DNA of 50,844 bases from Gammaproteobacteria bacterium (lineage in GTDB: Bacteria; Pseudomonadota; Gammaproteobacteria; Arenicellales; JAOTWM01): contig JAOTWM010000001.1 in assembly GCA_029862885.1 (NCBI GenBank), positions 1 through 50,844 of the forward strand. The letters run 5' to 3'. A program made the translations under genes and the position numbers. Below, piece after piece: positions 9,631 to 19,352 of this stretch. The notes beneath the pieces were generated by a model. That model saw only the letters and a program-made list of their open reading frames with translations, was not told the origin of the DNA and searched no databases. Within the stretch, counting starts at the first letter, position 1. Each line of letters starts with the position of its first letter.

Positions 9631-11228
9631 TACGCGGTCGACCCGGGGGTGGGCGAGATGTCTGTTTCGTCTCCATCACGTTGTGGAAACACATGATGAG
9701 CATCTTCAACTCGCAGTTGCGCGCCCAGTTTGTCGTGCAATACCGTCGTCCAAATTTCGACATCGGCCGGGTCATTCGGAACCGAAAGATCCTGTGATGA
9801 ACCTACCAGCAGCACTACCAATGTGCGTTGCTCACCGGTCGTATCGTGCAATTCGCGGAGGAAATCGGAGAATTCCAGTAGCGGTGGCTCCCAACCGCGC
9901 ACCAACAATACGATCGTTGGACCGGGTGTGGCCAGACCCTTGATGACCTTCGAATCGCCGTGCAGGGGTTGTGCACCGCCCGCCTCGTAGTAGGAATTTA
10001 GTACGGTGCCGTTTCGGTGTAACCACGACCCAACACGATCTGCGTCACCGCTGGCTTGCGCCCAATCGACGACATCTACCGTTGTACCTAAGCCGTGGCT
10101 CGTCGTACCAGCGGACACTAAAGCAGCCCCCTCGACTGGATCACGGTCAACAGTTGGCGCACCGGTTTCTACCAACGGCGTATTCATCCGGTCCAGCAAT
10201 GCAACGGCGTCCGGCGTTGTAAGCAACACATCTCGTAGCGCGCGACTGAAGCCCCAATATGACAGCAGCAAAGCGATGAGGCGAGGCAACAACCCGTAGC
10301 ACAACATCGCTGCAACGAGAAACGGCCACCACTGCCCAAGTTGCGCGACGTCGACAGCGGGCGGCACACCCGGCAACAGTCCTTGATTCAGCCGGTAGTA
10401 ACGCGTCGCATCGATCAGTTCCATCGACGGCACCGCACCGGGCCACCACCATCGCCATGGTGCCGCCAGTCTATCGATCCAAGCCGATGCATCGGCCGTA
10501 CTTATCGTCAGCGTCGTACTCCAGCCGAAGGCTAAATCAGAAAATACGATTAAATGCACGGCCGCGACCAACGCGCCGACGTTGAACGACACGGCAAACC
10601 ATTGCGACCAAGTGAACACCTGCCACTGCACCACCTTGCTCCAACCGTGCGAACGACGGCCACCCGTATCCAGCAGCGCCGCCACATCGCCGCGCACCCT
10701 GGCAGGGAATAAACGCGCCAGCGCCGTGGCTATCCGCCCGACACTAAAAGACCTCAATACGCGTTGCATAGCCGCCAATATGGGTATCCGGTTGAGCGGC
10801 AACATCGCGACCACCAGCATCACCAATAACACAAGCTGCAGACCAACAAATACGCCTAAAATAGAAACGGTGTTTACCGGATGTCGGCCGTCGTAATAAA
10901 ACAGCGCCGTCGCTACGCCCCAACCCACCACTAATCCACATAACGCTACCATCAAGCTCATACCGCGTCGCACCGCGACGGCACGTGAACCACCCGTCGA
11001 TTCGGCCTCGCTGTGATTATGATGCCGCAACCACTCGCGCAATTGCGCCAGCGGCTGACTGCTGCGCGCCACCAAGCCGCGCCCGATCTCACGGTCCCGG
11101 TGCGCGCGTTTCGACAACGGCGTATCGCGCTCGGCACGCAATTGATCGATGATATCGACGACGTCGCCGAACAGTGTCTTAGTATCGAAAATTGAAATGA
11201 CCGTGTTCCCTTGTAGTCGAGCGTTCAA
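9630..11228 (-). CDS. Polytopic membrane protein, DUF2868-type (usual partner of the DUF3482 GTPase)
   Basis: 532 aa with several TM segments in the first ~330 aa and a soluble C-terminal domain. Translationally coupled to the downstream GTPase. The family name is recalled from memory of this gene pair and has not been searched. Confidence 0.55.
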   Translation of the reverse strand: MNARLQGNTVISIFDTKTLFGDVVDIIDQLRAERDTPLSKRAHRDREIGRGLVARSSQPLAQLREWLRHHNHSEAESTGGSRAVAVRRGMSLMVALCGLVVGWGVATALFYYDGRHPVNTVSILGVFVGLQLVLLVMLVVAMLPLNRIPILAAMQRVLRSFSVGRIATALARLFPARVRGDVAALLDTGGRRSHGWSKVVQWQVFTWSQWFAVSFNVGALVAAVHLIVFSDLAFGWSTTLTISTADASAWIDRLAAPWRWWWPGAVPSMELIDATRYYRLNQGLLPGVPPAVDVAQLGQWWPFLVAAMLCYGLLPRLIALLLSYWGFSRALRDVLLTTPDAVALLDRMNTPLVETGAPTVDRDPVEGAALVSAGTTSHGLGTTVDVVDWAQASGDADRVGSWLHRNGTVLNSYYEAGGAQPLHGDSKVIKGLATPGPTIVLLVRGWEPPLLEFSDFLRELHDTTGEQRTLVVLLVGSSQDLSVPNDPADVEIWTTVLHDKLGAQLRVEDAHHVFPQRDGDETDISPTPGSTA

Positions 11229-11608
11229 CTTGCGCCATTATAATTCGCTAAATATCGCGTTCGGAACGTTTGTATCGCACCAATGTTCGACACCGCCAGC
11301 CCATGGGCCCGGAATCTTCCCCGTATACGATCCCGTTATCCCAGATCTTATGGTTCGGCACTTAAGCCGGTCGGTAGTTTTCGGCCTCGCCTCGAACCGA
11401 CCTACGTCCACCAAGCATCGGCGGCGATCAGAGTTTGGTCTGGGCTATCATCACTACGGGGTATCGACAATTCCGCCTTACACGATCCTGGCTTTGCCAT
11501 TCTCGCATCTCGATTTCCCCTCTTGGTTGGCCCGGCAGGCCCAATCGACGGAGAAACCGTTTTCTCTCCCTTCGCAATTCCGCGTACGGTATAACGTTTT
11601 GGACTTGC

Positions 11609-11626
11609 ACCACCGTAAGCGGTGGT
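11609..11626 (+). terminator. Terminator-like hairpin at the GC/AT composition boundary
   Basis: ACCACCG-taag-CGGTGGT forms a 7-bp GC-rich stem followed by TTTAAT on the + strand. No annotated + strand gene lies upstream of it. Confidence 0.3.
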
Positions 11627-11737
11627 TTAATCGATGGAATTAACAAATGTAAAAGACATGCTGACAAGTATGGGGGTTATTATTTTTCATAGCGTTCGAA
11701 AAACACTTTCTCGACAATTGCTGCATAATATCAAGTA

Positions 11738-13609
11738 CTATATTTTCTTCATTAATGCCTTCAATTTCTGTTCTGCCTGTTTATTTTTTGGGTCAATCTG
11801 CAGGACTTTTTTGTGGTATTCAATTGCCCGCCTATATTTTTTCCGCACGTTGAATATGTCCGCCATTAAGATATTAGCACCAATATTGTCAGGATTTCTG
11901 GCTAAGACGATTTTTAGAAAGTTTTGAGCCGCCACGTATTCACCTGACAAAGCATGTATTCGGGAAACCTGGATAATAGTCTTATCAGAGTCGGGATTTA
12001 CTTTCAGCGCGTTTTTATATTGTGAATATGCCGCTTCATAATTTTGTAGGCGAAAAAATGCATCGCCTGTCTTGGTAAATATCCAGAAGCTGTCGACGTT
12101 AGTCGACGATATTTCATTGTACAGCTTTGTTGCCTGTTCCTTTTTATTCAATCTTTCAAGAGTCAGGCCCAGATTAAGACGCGTCTGAATATCTTTCGGA
12201 TTTATATTGATTGCCCGTTTGTATTCAGATTCGGCGAGGGCGAAATTCCCCTCTTCGAAATAGGCGCTGCCAAGATTGGCATGCGCTACCGAAACGGTGT
12301 CAGGGTATTGCAATATTACTGATTTCCATAGTGTTTTATCATTTTTCCATGTTTGCACTTGTTCCTGGCTTGCATTCATAAGAAAAAACAGCACCCCTGC
12401 AAGAGTTACATAAAGTGGGATCTTTAATAAGCGCCTATTTATTGTTTTTGCATAGACTTTCTGAACAAACAGGCCTGCCAGAATATAAAAGATCAGTAGA
12501 GGAATGTATGAATACCGGTCGGCTGCAGCCTGGCGCCCGACCTGGACTATCCCTAGTACCGGAAATATCGTCACGAAATAATAAAGGAGGCTCGCTAAAC
12601 CCAGGCGATTGCCCTTCCGGTTTGCCTTCACCAGGATAATTGTGATGGCTAGAATAATAACGATGGGAAGAAAGCTGTAAAACCCGATTTCCAAAACCCA
12701 TTTCGGGTGCGGGTAATAGGCAGAAAAATTTACCGGCAACAGGAATTTATAAATATAGAAAATAAAACTGTTAGCGGCATTAACAAATCTGGTTAATAGG
12801 GATAATTCATCTAATGATCGGACCGCCCCGCCCGCGTACTGAGAAATTATTGCAATGATAGCGGTCGCAAAGGCAGCCAATATATATACAGATTTTTCCT
12901 TGATTCTTTCGGCTAGACTATTTTTCAGATTGACTCCACTGTCCAGACGTCTCAATGGGTAGTAATCAAGTATCAGTAAAACCAGAGGCAAACTTACTGC
13001 CATTGATTTTGACATCAAAGAAAATATATACAGCAGCATTGATATGGTTTTCAGAGATGATTTCCCCGTCAACGTGAAACGTAAATAGGTGATTATCGAT
13101 AGCATGAAAAAGAGTGCGCACAGTAAATTTTTTCGTTCTGAAATCCAGGCTACAGATTCCACATGTTGTGGATGCATCAGGAACAATAGTCCAGCTACAA
13201 ATGAAGCGAGGACAACTTTATTATCCGGAGTGGTTTTTTGGCCCGAGTTGTTTTTATTGTTTACTATTCGTATTAATGTAAGCGCCAGAAAAAACAGGCA
13301 TATTGCATTCAGTGAATGTATAAAGATATTTGTTTGGTAAAGTCGGGCCGGGTTATTTCCCCACAGCGCGACATCAATTGCATGAGACAACCAGCTCAGT
13401 GGATGCCAGTTGTTCGCATGATACTTTGTTAGCATCCACCATAAATTATCCGCACTGAGCTTCTGGACACGTTCGTTCCCGACGACATAGAGCGGATCAT
13501 CCCAATGCAGAAACCCGTGCCCCGATGTACCACGATATACATAGAACGATATCAAGATGTATAGCAGCGATATTAAGATAAATAGTATCGCTGACCGTTT
13601 ACTTGTCAT
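11738..13609 (-). CDS. GT-C-fold membrane glycosyltransferase with C-terminal TPR repeats (TMTC/PMT_2-like)
   Basis: 623 aa with ~10 TM segments in the N-terminal 400 aa. An early loop motif HWDDPLYVVGNERV is present. The C-terminus has TPR repeats (AHANLGSAYFEEGNFALAESEYKRAININP...). The codon usage is very AT-rich and K/N/I/F/Y-rich. Confidence 0.7.
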   Translation of the reverse strand: MTSKRSAILFILISLLYILISFYVYRGTSGHGFLHWDDPLYVVGNERVQKLSADNLWWMLTKYHANNWHPLSWLSHAIDVALWGNNPARLYQTNIFIHSLNAICLFFLALTLIRIVNNKNNSGQKTTPDNKVVLASFVAGLLFLMHPQHVESVAWISERKNLLCALFFMLSIITYLRFTLTGKSSLKTISMLLYIFSLMSKSMAVSLPLVLLILDYYPLRRLDSGVNLKNSLAERIKEKSVYILAAFATAIIAIISQYAGGAVRSLDELSLLTRFVNAANSFIFYIYKFLLPVNFSAYYPHPKWVLEIGFYSFLPIVIILAITIILVKANRKGNRLGLASLLYYFVTIFPVLGIVQVGRQAAADRYSYIPLLIFYILAGLFVQKVYAKTINRRLLKIPLYVTLAGVLFFLMNASQEQVQTWKNDKTLWKSVILQYPDTVSVAHANLGSAYFEEGNFALAESEYKRAININPKDIQTRLNLGLTLERLNKKEQATKLYNEISSTNVDSFWIFTKTGDAFFRLQNYEAAYSQYKNALKVNPDSDKTIIQVSRIHALSGEYVAAQNFLKIVLARNPDNIGANILMADIFNVRKKYRRAIEYHKKVLQIDPKNKQAEQKLKALMKKI

Positions 13610-14393
13610 TGACGGGTTTATTCCTGTTGTCTAGTTTGTCAAATATTCTGCTGGAACCTAAGTTGTGCTTATTTAATAGAAACATGATGGATGTTTGCAC
13701 TACGCCGATACCATACTTTACGGAATCAGCAAAGCTGATTGAGGAAGAGTCATCCTCGTATCGTGTTGGGCAGGTTATTTCTCCAATCGAAAACTTAGCA
13801 TAGATAATTTGCGCCAGCATTTGATTGTCAAAAACAAACCCATCGGCGTTTTCGTTCAGCGGTAGTGTTTGAAGAATATCCCTGGAAAATGCCCTGTAAC
13901 CTGTGTGATATTCTGATAGCTTGTATCCAATAACCAGATTTTGAAAAGCGGTCAATAGTCGATTGGAGATGTATTTATATACCGGCATTCCTCCTTTTAA
14001 TGCGCCTATTCCTAGTATGCGTGAACCGAGAACGCAATCGAAAACACCCTCCGTAATCAAAGAGGCCATGCTTGTAATTAATTTCGGCGTGTATTGATAG
14101 TCCGGGTGGAGCATGATGACAACGTCCCCACCCAGCTCAAGCGCCTTTTTATAACAGGTTTTCTGGTTTCCGCCATATCCTCTATTTGAATCGTGCTTAA
14201 TGATGTGAGTCAGTCCCATGGACTTTGCCACCTCAACGGTGCCATCACTACTGCAGTCATCGACGAGTATCACCTCGTCAACAATATCAACTGGAATATC
14301 AGCGTATGTGGACTGTAGTGTGGGGGCGGCATTGTAAGCCGGCATAACTACAATTATTTTCTTATCATTCAGCATGCTTACGATTATAGACAA
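13599..14393 (-). CDS. GT2 glycosyltransferase, polyprenyl-phosphate sugar synthase-like (Dpm1/ArnC type)
   Basis: 264 aa with VVMPAYNAAPTL, ILVDDCSSDGT and HPDYQY motifs. The 3' end overlaps the start of the downstream GT-C gene by 11 nt. Confidence 0.85.
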   Translation of the reverse strand: MSIIVSMLNDKKIIVVMPAYNAAPTLQSTYADIPVDIVDEVILVDDCSSDGTVEVAKSMGLTHIIKHDSNRGYGGNQKTCYKKALELGGDVVIMLHPDYQYTPKLITSMASLITEGVFDCVLGSRILGIGALKGGMPVYKYISNRLLTAFQNLVIGYKLSEYHTGYRAFSRDILQTLPLNENADGFVFDNQMLAQIIYAKFSIGEITCPTRYEDDSSSISFADSVKYGIGVVQTSIMFLLNKHNLGSSRIFDKLDNRNKPVNDK

Positions 14394-14759
14394 AAAGCAA
14401 ATGTAATTGTCTGGATAACCTTGAAGCGACCGAAATGCATAATCGTTTCAAAAAACTCATATGGCTATATTAGAAGTAATTCTTGGAAATGGACTTTTGT
14501 ACTTGCTATACTTTTCAGGAAAATCGTTAGCGGATTTGAACGCAGTATCTAAAGGCAAGCGTCGCTGCACGCTTCCTGTAGTTCAGGTTCGAAAAGTGCT
14601 CGCGCATTGCAAAACGAATTTTTGCTTTTTTAATTGAAATAAGCCGTAACGCCAACCGGAGTTCGCAGGGCAGCGCTACCGCGGCTGCGCTCTCGCTCGC
14701 TAGTTACCTCCCTATAGGAAACGCTGCCGACGACCTAAAAGCACGTTTTTCAGGGGCGG

Positions 14760-16901
14760 CTAGGTCGTCAAGCGGCGATAGATGTCCGAGACTCGCACGG
14801 GCAGCTTACGTACATCGTCGATAACGGTGTAGTTCACCGCGCCATACATATGCGGCAGGTAATCATGCGCTTGTGAGTCGATGGTGATACAAAACGGATG
14901 AATCCCGGCGTGTTTCGCTTCGATCAACGCTTGGCGTGTATCCTCGATACCGTAATCGCCGCGATAACCATCATAGTCGTCCGGCTTGCCGTCCGACAGC
15001 GTAATTAACAGCCTAGTGCGCGCATCAATCGTCGCCAACAGCTTTGTCAAATGCCGAATCGTCACTCCCATCCGGGTATAATCCTGCGCATACAATCCGG
15101 CGATTCGGGCTTTGACTTGATCGTCATAGGATTCGTCGAATCGCTTTATCCGGAATAACTCGCAGCGCTTACGGGTCATACCGGAAAAACCGTAGATCGC
15201 ATAACGGTCGCCGAGGATCTGCAGTGCTTCGCACAGCAACACCAGACTTTCACGCTCGGCATCGTTTATCCAGCCTTTCGTGGATCCACTGACATCCACC
15301 ATGAATACCACCGCCATATCGCGCTCAAGCCGATGCTGTTTAATAAATAATCGATTTGACATTTCCTCACCGGCGCGCATATCCGCACAGGCTTGCACCA
15401 CGGCGTCAACGTCAATGTCTTCGCCGTTAGTTTGCCGGCGCAACCGCTTTTCGTCTCCGCGCAGTGCTTCGAAGGTGCGTCGAATCTCCCTCACCAACCC
15501 AGCATATCGCTGCAACGTCGTCGCGACGAATGCGCTGTATCTCGGTTGCATATCAATTTCCCGCAACACACACCAGTCTTTGCGAAAATGTTTTCGCCGA
15601 AAATCCCATTCGTCGTAGATGTACGCGCCTTCTTCATGGTAAGTGCCTTTCCATACATTCGCGGCCTTGTCATCGATTCCAGCTTTTGGGTAGCCGCCGT
15701 CCCCGGCCGGTGCTACGTATTCCGGTGGAATCTCACCGAAGTCCTGAACGATCGACGTCATTAACGCCCGCATCTGAGTTGGGGGCGCAGACACTTCCCC
15801 ATCGATCATGAATTCATACTGCGTACCATCGAGGCCTGGCTCCGCATCGGTTTCGCGTACATAGACGATCGCGGGGGCCGATCGTGCCGCGCCGGCTGCG
15901 CTGCGATCCGATTCAGAATTCTCGACCAGTTCCGCCAACGCGGCGCGAAACTCTATCTTTTCATTCTGCTTGCGACGATCCCCGACCTGCTCGACTTCGT
16001 CGAATCGCAACGTGCCCTGGTAACAATATCCGAGCGGCACCGTACAATTGCTCCGGTATAGACGCACCAAGATTTCGAGTGTTTTATCAACGGTGGCACC
16101 GGGCTCGCGCAACGCAGCCAGTTCGTGTTTCCAGTCGTCGGAAAATGGCGCCGCGTCCTCCAGCTCCCGCAGCATCGCCATTTCACGCCCGAGACCAGGA
16201 AGTTCACGACATATACATGCATCAAGTCGCACAGTCTCCAGGGCATGGAACAGTTTTGCCGCACGTTCCGGATCCGGGTAACGTCGAACCACGACACCGG
16301 CCTGCAGCCCATCAGCGGTACCCCTGAAGGTACCGAACCACATTTGCGCCCAAAGGTGTGCCAACATCGATTTATATAGCGCTCGGTTGTGATGCTGATC
16401 GTCGAACCGAGCTATCGTTGCCGGCAGAAATAACGTTTCCGAATCGGTATGCGCGATTTCACCGACCTGAAGCCTGAGAGCACGGCCAGCCAACCCGCGC
16501 ACATACTTCTCCAACACCCCGGACAGATCCTGGAAGCGAACCGCGCTAGGGCGCAATACGAAATCGGAAATGAACATCTCCACTTCCCGGAGTGCGGCGC
16601 TACCCGGATACAATCCCTGTCGATCGTAGATATCCATGGCGCGCACGATCCAGCGCTCGGCCCAGGGCAAATCGAGTTCAGCAAAGACGCGATGCACATT
16701 AGCGGCAAACTGATAGCCCAATTCGGAATTGGTCTTTGCGACTATGCCCACCCAATGCAACGCAAAATCCTGTTGGTCGCGACTGCAATGCGCCAGTGAT
16801 TGTGCCGGCTCGGCTGCAGTTCGGCGCGATGACAAAACCGCATCCAGCGCATCGTCTAGGTACGCCTCGAGCTGCTGCGATGTTAGGGGCTGTCTAGACA
16901 T
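14760..16901 (-). CDS. VWA-domain activase partner of the NorD/CbbO family
   Basis: 713 aa with a C-terminal VWA domain carrying a MIDAS motif (VFMVDVSGST). The strings ITLSDGKPDD and FCITIDSQAHDYLPHMYG are typical of NorD/CbbO proteins. Confidence 0.8.
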   Translation of the reverse strand: MSRQPLTSQQLEAYLDDALDAVLSSRRTAAEPAQSLAHCSRDQQDFALHWVGIVAKTNSELGYQFAANVHRVFAELDLPWAERWIVRAMDIYDRQGLYPGSAALREVEMFISDFVLRPSAVRFQDLSGVLEKYVRGLAGRALRLQVGEIAHTDSETLFLPATIARFDDQHHNRALYKSMLAHLWAQMWFGTFRGTADGLQAGVVVRRYPDPERAAKLFHALETVRLDACICRELPGLGREMAMLRELEDAAPFSDDWKHELAALREPGATVDKTLEILVRLYRSNCTVPLGYCYQGTLRFDEVEQVGDRRKQNEKIEFRAALAELVENSESDRSAAGAARSAPAIVYVRETDAEPGLDGTQYEFMIDGEVSAPPTQMRALMTSIVQDFGEIPPEYVAPAGDGGYPKAGIDDKAANVWKGTYHEEGAYIYDEWDFRRKHFRKDWCVLREIDMQPRYSAFVATTLQRYAGLVREIRRTFEALRGDEKRLRRQTNGEDIDVDAVVQACADMRAGEEMSNRLFIKQHRLERDMAVVFMVDVSGSTKGWINDAERESLVLLCEALQILGDRYAIYGFSGMTRKRCELFRIKRFDESYDDQVKARIAGLYAQDYTRMGVTIRHLTKLLATIDARTRLLITLSDGKPDDYDGYRGDYGIEDTRQALIEAKHAGIHPFCITIDSQAHDYLPHMYGAVNYTVIDDVRKLPVRVSDIYRRLTT

Positions 16902-17183
16902 AACACGGCCAGATTAGTCGGTGTCTGGATTTCTCGGTAAACCATTTTTGCATGAACCATTGGGGCGCACACTCGCCGACCGGAAACCGCGCGCCTATTT
17001 TGACTAAAAGCGAGAAATGTCAGATAGTGGGCGGGTCTTACCGGTATGGGGGCAATGCAAGAGCCGGCGTATCCGTATCCATTGCGCATGCCACACTGGC
17101 CAGCATACATCGCGTTAAGCGTATGTAATCGAAAATCAAGATGCGCTCGAACTTATTTTTCCATTAACCGAAGGAGGCATAAA

Positions 17184-18269
17184 GTGAAAAGACGAGAATT
17201 TCTCAAAAATACGGCAGCCGTGAGCGGTGCGGTAGCCGCTTCCACCCTCGCCGCGCCCGCCATTTCACAGGGACGCGAAAAAATGACCATGGTACTTTCC
17301 TGGGGTCGAGGGCTCGCCGGTGTTTTCGATGCCGCGGACCGGGTGGCCCAATCTATCAATACAATGTCCGACGGTTTGTTTGAAATCGACGTTAAGGCTC
17401 AGGGTGAACTGGTTTCCGGTTTGCCTGCCGTATTCGACGCGGTGACATCGGGCCAGGCCGATATGTACCACGCAGCCGACTACTACTATGTCGGTCAGCA
17501 CCCCGCCTTCGGATTTTTTACCGCAGTGCCATTCGGCATGACCGCGATTGAATTGGACGCCTGGTACTACCACATGGGTGGCCATGAGCTGCACCTGGAA
17601 CTGGGCGAGGAGTTCGGACTGGTGTCGTTTCTCGCGGGCAACACCGGTGCACAGGCGGGTGGGTGGTTCCGCAAAGAGATCAATGGCCCTGAAGATTTCA
17701 ACGGCCTCAAATTCCGCATGCCCGGTCTTGGCGGTAAAGCATTAGGTAAGCTAGGCGCTTCGGTACAGACCATCCCTGGCTCCGAGGTCTATCAGGCGCT
17801 CGCGTCCGGCGCCATCGACGGCACCGAGTGGATCGGGCCCTGGGCAGACGAAAAGGCGGGTTTCCAGGAGATCACGAAGATCTACTACTCTGCGGGTTTC
17901 CACGAACCGGGCCCAGGCTTGGCATTGGCGGTGAACGCCGATCGTTGGAACAGCCTTAAGCCACATCATCAAAAAATGATAGAAGTGGCCGCGGGCGATG
18001 CCAATATCTGGAACCGTCATCAATTCCTGGCCAATAACGGCGCCGCGCTCGAACGCTTGGTCGCGGGCGGCGTCACAGTCCTGGATTTTCCTGACTCCGT
18101 CTGGGATGCGTTCGGCAAAGCGGCGCAAGAGGTCATGGAGGAGAATATGGACGATCCCCTGTTCAAGAAAACCTACGACTCCATGCGCGATTCCATGAGA
18201 AAAACCTCGGCCTGGTTCGGAAAAGCCGAAAACACTTACACCAAGCAGCGTGACCGCGTCCTGGGTTAA
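17184..18269 (+). CDS. dctP: TRAP transporter substrate-binding protein (DctP family) with Tat-type signal
   Basis: A GTG start lies 7 nt after AGGAGG. The signal peptide is KRREFLKNTAAVSGAVAASTLAAPAISQG, followed by DctP-family body strings. The annotated 17046 start would add a non-signal N-terminal extension. Confidence 0.85.
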   Translation: MKRREFLKNTAAVSGAVAASTLAAPAISQGREKMTMVLSWGRGLAGVFDAADRVAQSINTMSDGLFEIDVKAQGELVSGLPAVFDAVTSGQADMYHAADYYYVGQHPAFGFFTAVPFGMTAIELDAWYYHMGGHELHLELGEEFGLVSFLAGNTGAQAGGWFRKEINGPEDFNGLKFRMPGLGGKALGKLGASVQTIPGSEVYQALASGAIDGTEWIGPWADEKAGFQEITKIYYSAGFHEPGPGLALAVNADRWNSLKPHHQKMIEVAAGDANIWNRHQFLANNGAALERLVAGGVTVLDFPDSVWDAFGKAAQEVMEENMDDPLFKKTYDSMRDSMRKTSAWFGKAENTYTKQRDRVLG

Positions 18270-18298
18270 ACGAACCCAGAGATAATTCAAGCGCACCA

Positions 18299-18333
18299 CC
18301 TGGAAGGTCGGACCAACTGTCCGGCCTTCCAGG
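18299..18333 (+). promoter_or_regulatory. Strong intercistronic stem-loop between dctP and dctQ
   Basis: CCTGGAAGGTCGGAC-caact-GTCCGGCCTTCCAGG forms a 15-bp stem with one G-U pair. It begins 30 nt after the dctP stop. Confidence 0.5.
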
Positions 18334-18446
18334 TACCGAAGTACGGACAGGGGGCGAGATCCGAGTCCGCTTATCGAGTCGCGCGTCTCAATCCGTCTTG
18401 ATGACCACACCGGAACCGAGGCAACACGAGAGGCTGGATAATTTCC

Positions 18447-19328
18447 ATGTTAGGAGACATCCTGAAGTCGTTTTTGATGGGGTTTGTCGACCTGCTGCGG
18501 TTACCCTGGCACATATTCCGGTGGCTACAGCTCGAGACCCTCAAAGAAAGGATGAGCTCGCTGATGCTGGCCGGATATTCTTCGGAATTTCTGTGTCTGG
18601 TGCTGGCCCTGATGACGGTCATTCTGGTCGTTGGGCTTTTCAGACACTCTTTTCTGCGCCGCACCGTAAACGGGCTCGAGCTGTTCAACGGCCGTATCGG
18701 GCAATTTGCCTGCTGGTTCGCCCTGATCATGATGATACAGCAGGTCCTAATCATCGTGATGGGACAGATTTTTCGCGGCAACGAGCTGGTTTTGTCTCCT
18801 TTCGGGCTCGTTTTTTCAGCGGGGGAACTGCAGTGGCTGTCCGGCCAATTGAAACTCTACAACGCAATTCTTATCGCGCTGGCCGCGGCGTATACGTTCA
18901 TCGAAGGCGGGCACGTGCGCGTGGACCTCATTTACGCCCGCCTGCCCTACCGCAAGAGGAAAATTTTCGACCTGGTCGGCACGTTGATATTCTTTTTCCC
19001 GTCATCGATCCTGCTGTGGTGGTTCGCCTGGCCGCTGGCGATGAACTCGATGTTCTCCCAGCGCCCGCTTAATGTCTGGTCGACCAAGGCGAGCTGGCGT
19101 GGGTTCAAGTGGGAATCTTCGGGCACGGCGGAATTTACCTGGGTCTGGGCTTTCAAACTACTGATTCTTTTCTTTGCCGCTTTGTTGGTTATCCAGGCCT
19201 TTACCTTCCTGTTGCGCAATGTCATGGCGTTACGGGAAACCGAAGAGATAGAGACCCATCCAAGATTGGATCGCGGCGAGGAAACACTCCCCACTGCTGC
19301 GGATGCCAACGCTGCCGAATCCACCTGA
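18447..19328 (+). CDS. dctQ: TRAP transporter small permease (DctQ family), long form
   Basis: 293 aa with multiple TM segments. Contains the typical GGHVRVDLIY string and sits between dctP and dctM. Confidence 0.7.
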   Translation: MLGDILKSFLMGFVDLLRLPWHIFRWLQLETLKERMSSLMLAGYSSEFLCLVLALMTVILVVGLFRHSFLRRTVNGLELFNGRIGQFACWFALIMMIQQVLIIVMGQIFRGNELVLSPFGLVFSAGELQWLSGQLKLYNAILIALAAAYTFIEGGHVRVDLIYARLPYRKRKIFDLVGTLIFFFPSSILLWWFAWPLAMNSMFSQRPLNVWSTKASWRGFKWESSGTAEFTWVWAFKLLILFFAALLVIQAFTFLLRNVMALRETEEIETHPRLDRGEETLPTAADANAAEST

Positions 19329-19352
19329 CCTAGAAACGGGCCGATACAAATT

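Noticed and set aside
11280-11400. RNase P RNA-like strings (minus strand GGAAGATTCCGGGCCCATGGGCTGGCGGTG and CCGGCTTAAG) and T-loop-like GGTTCGAG
   Set aside because: The order and spacing of the two P4-like strings are wrong for RNase P RNA, being about 50 nt apart in reversed order. No room remains for the rest of the molecule before the DUF2868 start. No cloverleaf could be drawn for a tRNA.
14560-14600. tRNA-fragment-like AGGTTCGAAA near the right edge of the AT-rich island
   Set aside because: No complementary T-stem, acceptor stem or anticodon arm could be built around it, so the resemblance is probably chance.
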